Shown here: positions 58,030 through 64,000 of the stretch, piece by piece
Position numbering within the stretch: the first letter of the stretch is position 1
Layout of the letters: the number at the start of each line of letters is the position of its first letter
Source: an uncultured Planctomycetia bacterium
GTDB lineage: Bacteria; Omnitrophota; Gorgyraeia; 2-02-FULL-51-18
NCBI GenBank assembly: GCA_964642015.1
Contig: CAZXLF010000005.1
Span: forward strand, 75,847-139,846
DNA: 64,000 nt
Reading direction: 5' to 3'
Translations under genes and position numbers: made by a program
Notes under the pieces: model-generated
Database searches by the model: none
What the model saw: the letters and a program-made list of their open reading frames with translations, nothing else
Told to the model about the DNA's origin: nothing

Positions 58030-58103
58030 AGTGTAACATAGCTAAAAATTATTGTCAACGAACACCGCTTAAGCTTGCCTAAGGCAATGGCTTCGGGTAT
58101 AAT
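58030..58103. promoter_or_regulatory. Divergent sigma70 promoters (hisG on minus; SurA/PpiD-like gene on plus)
   Basis: Minus: TTGACA (58053-58058), 17 nt, TACACT (58030-58035). Plus: TTGCCT (58075-58080), 17 nt, TATAAT (58098-58103). Confidence 0.7.
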
Positions 58104-58116
58104 GCGCGGGAAACTT

Positions 58117-59550
58117 ATGCTAAAATTCTTAAGAAAAAAGCACAATCAAAAGCGTATCTATATTATTCTAGCGATCACGATCATTCCGCCGTTCCTCTTC
58201 TGGGGTGTGATCACATCCCAAAAAGACTCAAAAGTACCTTCAACCGTCGGTGTCATCGACAACAGGAAAATATCTCTTCGCGAATATCTTAATAGCTATA
58301 AAGCCGTCCAACACGAAATGGCTTTCATGTACGGCGATAAATTAAAAGAAGCTGCCGCGATGATCAATTTCAAGGGTGAAGCGTGGGACCGCCTGCTTCT
58401 TTTGCATTACGCAAAAAAACAAAATATTAAAACCACAGACAATGAAGTGGTTGACTGGATCTCTCAACAGCCCGTTTTTCAGAGCCACGGCCAATTCGAT
58501 ACGAACGTCTATAAGCTATATGTCACCCGCTACCTGCGTTCAAACGAAAGAGACTTTGAGGAAGAGATCCGAGACATCTTAACGATCGAAAAGGTCTCGG
58601 ATCAAGTAAGATCCAACGTCGATCTAAAAGACAGCGACCTCAAAAACCTCTACATTGACGAAAATGCTGAACGGGACATCGTGTACGGCGTTGTATCATG
58701 GGAATCCGAAAAAGAAAACGTAAAAGTCGATGATAATGACGTTAAAAATATCTATCCTATCGTCAAAGATAAGCTCACTGAGCCTGAAAAAGTGAAGATC
58801 AGTTATCTCTTTGTGCCCAAAGAGAAAATAGACGCTTCCAAATCCATTCTTGATGAAAAAGATTTGCCGATGGGTTCGCTGGCTTCTAAATATTCCCTCA
58901 ATATCAAGGAAACTGGTTACTTTTCAAAGAACGACGCTGTGCCTGATATCGGATTATCTCCTGAAGTGTTGTTTGCAAGCTTCTCTCTGCCGGTAGACCA
59001 GGAAAGCGATTGGATCCGCGTGGATAACGGCGCTTATAAGATAAAAGTAACGGACAAAAAAAGCGAACGGCCTTTAAGTCTTGATGAGGCGAAGGATTCC
59101 CTTAAGAAAATCATATTGAAACAAAAAGCCATTGACGCGGCTGTCGCAAAACTCAATGATTTGAAGAAAAAAATGACCGGAAACGATCTCGAAAAATTTC
59201 TCAAAGATAATTCAATAGAAGCCAAACACGCCGATAAATTCAAAAAAGGTTCTTATCTGCCGGGCGTCGGGCCTTCTCAAACCGTCGACGAGACTATTAT
59301 CAAACTTAAAGAAGGCGAGGTCAGCTCCGCATTCGCCACGCCAGATGGGGCAGGCATACTAAAAATAGTGAAAAATTGGGCTATTGATGAAAAGAAATTT
59401 GAACAGGAAAAAGAAGAGTTCAGAAAAAAAATGACCGCCCAAAAAGCACAGAAACAAATGAAAGAACTTATAGAAAAACTAAGGAATCAATTGAAGATCG
59501 ATATGGACACCATGCAGAAGATCTTTGCCGAAGAAAAACCCGCCGTTTAA
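58117..59550 (+). CDS. PpiD/SurA-like membrane-anchored periplasmic chaperone
   Basis: MLKFLRKK + TM helix (PFLFWG), SurA-N-like region (FQSHGQFD..Y) and degenerate parvulin domains; start ATG 58117. Confidence 0.82.
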   Translation: MLKFLRKKHNQKRIYIILAITIIPPFLFWGVITSQKDSKVPSTVGVIDNRKISLREYLNSYKAVQHEMAFMYGDKLKEAAAMINFKGEAWDRLLLLHYAKKQNIKTTDNEVVDWISQQPVFQSHGQFDTNVYKLYVTRYLRSNERDFEEEIRDILTIEKVSDQVRSNVDLKDSDLKNLYIDENAERDIVYGVVSWESEKENVKVDDNDVKNIYPIVKDKLTEPEKVKISYLFVPKEKIDASKSILDEKDLPMGSLASKYSLNIKETGYFSKNDAVPDIGLSPEVLFASFSLPVDQESDWIRVDNGAYKIKVTDKKSERPLSLDEAKDSLKKIILKQKAIDAAVAKLNDLKKKMTGNDLEKFLKDNSIEAKHADKFKKGSYLPGVGPSQTVDETIIKLKEGEVSSAFATPDGAGILKIVKNWAIDEKKFEQEKEEFRKKMTAQKAQKQMKELIEKLRNQLKIDMDTMQKIFAEEKPAV

Positions 59551-60005
59551 GCCCTCTTGCTCAGCAGGTCCTTTAATTCTTTCATGAACTGATTGATATC
59601 TTTGAATTGCCGATACACTGAAGCAAAACGCACATAAGCCACTTCATCAAGCTTGTGAAGGTAATCCATCACAAGCTCTCCGATCACTTCCGCCTTCACT
59701 TCCTTATCGAAGCTTTTCTGCAATTCTTTTTCGACTTTATCAACGACCGCTTCCACTTTTTCCATGCTGACCGGCCGTTTTTCGCAGGCTTTTAAAATAC
59801 CCGAGATGATCTTATTGCGGTCAAACGCTTCGCGGCGACCGTCCTTTTTGATGACCATTAGCGGTACTTCCTCAATATATTCATAAGTGGTGAAACGGCG
59901 TTTGCATTTCATGCATTCGCGGCGACGGCGCACACTTTTATCTTCATTGGAAGAACGTGAATCGATGACCTTGTCTTCGACGAATCCGCAAAAGGGACAT
60001 TTCAT
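59547..60005 (-). CDS. nrdR: Transcriptional repressor NrdR
   Basis: MKCPFC, RRRREC..C..RFTTYE, ATP cone and AYVRFASVY. Confidence 0.98.
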   Translation of the reverse strand: MKCPFCGFVEDKVIDSRSSNEDKSVRRRRECMKCKRRFTTYEYIEEVPLMVIKKDGRREAFDRNKIISGILKACEKRPVSMEKVEAVVDKVEKELQKSFDKEVKAEVIGELVMDYLHKLDEVAYVRFASVYRQFKDINQFMKELKDLLSKRA

Positions 60006-61279
60006 CGTGATTTTCCTTTCGATAAAAGTTCGGAATCCAGAAGTTCGGGATAAAGCGGAAACCTTTCTGTCAAATTCCGGACCGCTGCACGTACCTCTGA
60101 GATCGTTTTCTGAGATCCAATATCCGATAACACCTTTCCAATAAGGTTCGCGATCTCGGCCATTTCTTTCTCCTTCATGCCTCGCGTGGTCACAGCCGGC
60201 GTGCCCAAGCGAATACCGCTGGCCGTAAAAGGGCTTTCCGTGTCAAACGGGATCGTATTCTTGTTCACCGTGATCGCAGCCAGATCAAGCGCCGCAGCAG
60301 AATCTTTTCCGGTCAGCCCGCGCTTGCGGACATCGACCAACATCAGGTGATTGTCGGTTCCACCCGAAACTAAACGAAAACCCTGCTTGATCAGTGCCTC
60401 AGCAAGCGCTTTTGCGTTCTTAACGATCTGATTTTGATAAACTTTAAAACTCGGCTCAAGCGCCTCCTTTAATGCCACGGCCTTTCCGGCAATCACATGC
60501 ATCAGCGGCCCGCCTTGTAAACTTGGGAAAACTTCGGAATCAATTTTTTTAGCAAATTCATTCCGACAGAAAATAATGCCTCCGCGCGGTCCGCGGAGCG
60601 TTTTGTGGGTCGTGGTCGTCACAAATTCAGCATGAGGTATAGGGCTAGGATGCGCACCGGCTGCTACAAGTCCCGCGATATGCGCCATATCCACGAATAA
60701 AAATGCGCCAACTTTATCGCAGATCTTACGGAAACGCGCAAAATCGATCACTCTCGGATACGCAGATGCGCCTGCCAAGATCATTTTCGGCTTATGTTCA
60801 TTCGCAAGCGACTCGACTTCATCATAATCGATTTTCTCGTCTTTTTGGCTTACTCCATAAGGAACTATTTTGAAAAATTTCCCTGAAAAATTCATCGGAT
60901 GGCCGTGTGTCAGATGGCCACCATGAGAAAGGTTCATCGCAAGCACCGTATCTCCGGGCTTCAGCATTGAAAAATAAACCGCTGCGTTCGCCTGAGAACC
61001 CGAATGCGGCTGCACGTTCACATGTTCAGCGCCAAAAAGCTTCTTTGCTCTTTCGATCGCCGAATTTTCCGCTATATCCACAAATTCACAGCCGCCATAC
61101 CAACGTTTGCCCGGATATCCTTCTGCATACTTATTGGTCAGCACCGAACCGACCGCTTCCATGACCGCGAGACTTGTGAAATTCTCACTGGCGATCAGCT
61201 CAATGTTCTCATTTTGCCTTTGTATCTCTTTGGAAATGGCTTTGGCTATCTCTGGATCTGTTTCGAATAACGTGCTCAT
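60002..61279 (-). CDS. glyA: Serine hydroxymethyltransferase
   Basis: [23 protein letters not shown] and [13 protein letters not shown]. Confidence 0.98.
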   Translation of the reverse strand: MSTLFETDPEIAKAISKEIQRQNENIELIASENFTSLAVMEAVGSVLTNKYAEGYPGKRWYGGCEFVDIAENSAIERAKKLFGAEHVNVQPHSGSQANAAVYFSMLKPGDTVLAMNLSHGGHLTHGHPMNFSGKFFKIVPYGVSQKDEKIDYDEVESLANEHKPKMILAGASAYPRVIDFARFRKICDKVGAFLFVDMAHIAGLVAAGAHPSPIPHAEFVTTTTHKTLRGPRGGIIFCRNEFAKKIDSEVFPSLQGGPLMHVIAGKAVALKEALEPSFKVYQNQIVKNAKALAEALIKQGFRLVSGGTDNHLMLVDVRKRGLTGKDSAAALDLAAITVNKNTIPFDTESPFTASGIRLGTPAVTTRGMKEKEMAEIANLIGKVLSDIGSQKTISEVRAAVRNLTERFPLYPELLDSELLSKGKSR

Positions 61280-61761
61280 TTTTTTCTTCTTGCCTTTTGT
61301 GTGCTTGGTTTCTTTGTCCCACAGATCTTTTTTTCAAAGCGGCTGATCTGGTCCACTCTTCTTTTATGCCGTCCACCCTCAAAACCTGACTCAAGCCAGG
61401 TGCGTACGATGAGTTCTGGGTCGTCGAATAGATGTTCCGACCCAAGCACCAAAATATTGGCATTGTTATGAAGCCGGGAAAGTATCGCCACGTTCTTGTC
61501 AAAACAAATGGCCGCGCGCACATTGGGCAGCTTATTGGCCATCATAGCCATGCCGTTCCCGCTTTTACAGATCAAAATCCCTAGGTCCGCTTTCTTATCT
61601 GAAACCGCTTTGGCGACTTTATAGGCAAAAACCGGATAATCGCATGCTTCAGCGGTTCTAGTGCCAAAATCGGTTGTCTTATGCCCTTCCATTATCAGAA
61701 ACTTATTGATATCGCCTTTAAGGGCGAACCCGCCGTGATCAGCTCCCAATGCAATTTTCAT
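61276..61761 (-). CDS. rpiB: Ribose-5-phosphate isomerase B
   Basis: ADHGG, DYP, CKSGNG, HNNAN and FEGGRH; ATG 61761 with GAGGTGG RBS. Confidence 0.95.
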   Translation of the reverse strand: MKIALGADHGGFALKGDINKFLIMEGHKTTDFGTRTAEACDYPVFAYKVAKAVSDKKADLGILICKSGNGMAMMANKLPNVRAAICFDKNVAILSRLHNNANILVLGSEHLFDDPELIVRTWLESGFEGGRHKRRVDQISRFEKKICGTKKPSTQKARRKK

Positions 61762-61778
61762 AATCCACCTCGCTGGAT

Positions 61779-62237
61779 TTATAGGTTTTCCGCTAATTTT
61801 TTGACGCATTCACGTATCACAGACAATACATTGATATAAAAACTATCCGACATGTGGATCGGATCCGGGATATCGATCTCGCCGGTATGTCCCAGATCTG
61901 TCTTGTGATATTCCCCCAACAAAAAAACTTTGCTTTTAGCATCCGGCACAAAACGCAGGATCCAGTCTTTGTGCATCTTTTCCATAACAAATATTTTATC
62001 CGCAGCTCGTACCATATCGGCCTTGAGCCGCTGGCTTTGATGTTCAGAAACATCCACGCCCTCGTCGTGCATGACTTTGACCGTCTCAGGTGACGCCGGA
62101 AAACCATCCATCGCGCTGATGCCCGCCGACAAAACTTCAAACTGATCCGCGCGATCGCGGACCATTTTTTTGAACAGGCCTTCGGCCATCACCGAGCGGC
62201 AGCTATTGCCGGTACAAACAAAAAGGATCTTTTTCAC
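61779..62237 (-). CDS. Low-molecular-weight protein tyrosine/arginine phosphatase
   Basis: VCTGNSCRS and DIPDP. Confidence 0.93.
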   Translation of the reverse strand: MKKILFVCTGNSCRSVMAEGLFKKMVRDRADQFEVLSAGISAMDGFPASPETVKVMHDEGVDVSEHQSQRLKADMVRAADKIFVMEKMHKDWILRFVPDAKSKVFLLGEYHKTDLGHTGEIDIPDPIHMSDSFYINVLSVIRECVKKLAENL

Positions 62238-62729
62238 TTACAGATTAATTTCCTTGCTTAAGATTTTTTTACGATTATCATCTTTGTATTTAGCCAAAGT
62301 TTTTTCCAATTTCGCATCTTCCAAAGCCAAGATCCGCGCCGCCAAGAACGCCGCGTTCTTAACGCCTCCGGAACCAACCGCGACGGTGCCCACCGGCGTT
62401 CCTGCGGGCATTTGCACGGTGGAAAGCAATGAATCCATTCCTTTAAAGGATGAAGTCTCAACGGGAATACCAATAACGGGTAAAAGCGTATTTGCCGCCG
62501 CGACACCTGCCAGATGAGCAGCGCCGCCGGCTGCGGCGATGATCACTTTGAAACCATTTTTCTTGGCAGATTTCACAAATTCGACAGCCTCGTCGGGCGT
62601 GCGGTGCGCGGACAAAACTTTGGCTACGAATGGGATCTCCAATTCCCTTAGGACTTCTCCGCAGGGTTTGAGCAAGGGCGCATCCGAATCACTGCCCATC
62701 AATATTGCAACAATTGGCTTCATATTCAC
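62238..62729 (-). CDS. purE: N5-CAIR mutase
   Basis: MGSDSD, SAHRTP, AGGAAHL and VQMP. Confidence 0.97.
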   Translation of the reverse strand: MNMKPIVAILMGSDSDAPLLKPCGEVLRELEIPFVAKVLSAHRTPDEAVEFVKSAKKNGFKVIIAAAGGAAHLAGVAAANTLLPVIGIPVETSSFKGMDSLLSTVQMPAGTPVGTVAVGSGGVKNAAFLAARILALEDAKLEKTLAKYKDDNRKKILSKEINL

Positions 62730-62757
62730 TCCTTCGTAATTTAAAATTTAAATAAGA

Positions 62758-64000
62758 TTACCTTAGAACTCTTGTAGCTTTATATCCAATGTCCTTACGG
62801 TAATACATCTTGTCAAAAAAGATCATATCGACGGCGCTATAGGTCCTTGAAAGCGCTTCAAAGATCCCTCGGCCGGTTCCCACCACGTTCAGCACTCGGC
62901 CGCCGGCTGTCAAAAGATCGCCATTCTGGCGTTTCGTGCCCGCGTGAAAAACATGGATACCCGGCTGTTCTTTAGCGGCAGATAAACCGGCGATCTTTTT
63001 GCCAACGTCGTAATTTTCAGGATAACCTTCTGCGGCGATCACAACGCACACGCAATGTTCTTCCTTCAATTCTATTTTTATTTGCGAAAGACGGGTTTCA
63101 ACCGTCGCCAAAAAAATTTCAAGAAGATCATTTTTTAAGCGAGGCAATATGACCTGCGTTTCGGGATCGCCCAATCGGGCATTGAATTCCAGAACTCTGA
63201 AGCCCTGAGCGGTGATCATGATGCCGGCATAAAGAAAACCTTTGAATGGGTTTCCAAGAACTTGGAATTCTTTAACGATCGGATAAAACACTTTATCCAG
63301 AATCTCCTTCTCCATCGCCTCTGTGACTACCGGTGCCGGCGAATATGCTCCCATGCCGCCGGTATTGGGGCCGTGATCGCCTTCAAATATTCTTTTATGG
63401 TCTTGGCTCGACGGCAAAAGTTGGACCGTGTAACCATCAGTCACCGCGATCACAGAAGCTTCTTCTCCTTCAAGGCATTCCTCAATCACCACTTTTTCCC
63501 CCGCTTTTCCGAAAACTTTTTTTACCATATCCAAATGGATCGCTTCCATCGCCTTAGGCAAAGATGTCGTGACGGCCACGCCTTTACCGCCGGCCAATCC
63601 ATCGACTTTGATGACAATGGGCACTCCTTTTTTGGCCACATAATTCATCGCTTTATCGGCATTATCAAATACCTCGAACTCACCCGTCGGAATAGAAAGT
63701 TTTTGCATCATCTGCTTCGCAAACGCTTTTGATCCTTCCAGCTGAGCCGCGAATTTATTCGGTCCAAAAATTTTTATCCCCTCTTTTTGAAAACGATCGA
63801 CAATACCCTCGACCAACGGCGCTTCAGGACCAACAACGACAAGATCGATCGCTTCCCGTTTGCAAAATTTTAAAAGCCCTTCCTGATCTTTAGCCGGAAT
63901 ATCCAAAAGCTGTGCAAATTCTTCCATGCCCGCATTCCCCGGAGCTGCATAAAGCTTTGTTAGTTTCGGGCTCTGGGATAATTTCCAGCAGATCGCATGT
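62758..64000 (-). CDS. purD: Phosphoribosylamine--glycine ligase; 5' end outside the window
   Basis: Frame open to the window edge (HAICWKL...APGNAG); VGPEAPL, DGLAGGKGV, GPNTGGMGAY and RLGDPETQ. Confidence 0.97.
   Translation of the reverse strand, partial: HAICWKLSQSPKLTKLYAAPGNAGMEEFAQLLDIPAKDQEGLLKFCKREAIDLVVVGPEAPLVEGIVDRFQKEGIKIFGPNKFAAQLEGSKAFAKQMMQKLSIPTGEFEVFDNADKAMNYVAKKGVPIVIKVDGLAGGKGVAVTTSLPKAMEAIHLDMVKKVFGKAGEKVVIEECLEGEEASVIAVTDGYTVQLLPSSQDHKRIFEGDHGPNTGGMGAYSPAPVVTEAMEKEILDKVFYPIVKEFQVLGNPFKGFLYAGIMITAQGFRVLEFNARLGDPETQVILPRLKNDLLEIFLATVETRLSQIKIELKEEHCVCVVIAAEGYPENYDVGKKIAGLSAAKEQPGIHVFHAGTKRQNGDLLTAGGRVLNVVGTGRGIFEALSRTYSAVDMIFFDKMYYRKDIGYKATRVLR

Overview
This is a bacterial chromosomal segment from a diderm (LPS-making) organism with about 43-45% GC (estimated by eye). 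The gene order (ispE-tRNA-Gln-glmU-prs-rplY-pth-rpsF-ssb-rpsR-rplI-dnaB-bamA-skp-lpxD-lpxC/fabZ-lpxA-lpxI) and protein style suggest the PVC superphylum, probably Ca. Omnitrophota (inference). Almost all genes are on the minus strand. Bases ~24-64 kb are mostly housekeeping: translation, lipid A, BAM, purine/His/Gly metabolism and four tRNAs. Bases 1-24 kb are an accessory secretion region. It holds a near-complete type II secretion (Gsp) cluster, a downstream signal-peptide subtilisin, an upstream operon (short-repeat TPR protein, Sec-signal Rhs toxin, two exported putative immunity proteins), an exported thioredoxin and a GT2 synthase. The most striking observation is that the secretin carries a C-terminal TonB_C/TolA-III-like domain, and the next gene encodes a membrane-anchored coiled coil ending in a TonB-box-like strand (VDLGRVVVTP). 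This suggests a possible 'inverted TonB' trans-periplasmic link. Features missing from the ORF track include a MerR-type HTH gene apparently starting at ATC, a 31-aa bS22/COX24-like gene, a hydrolase remnant, a leader terminator and several structured intergenic elements. No database searches were run; all family calls come from motif recognition.
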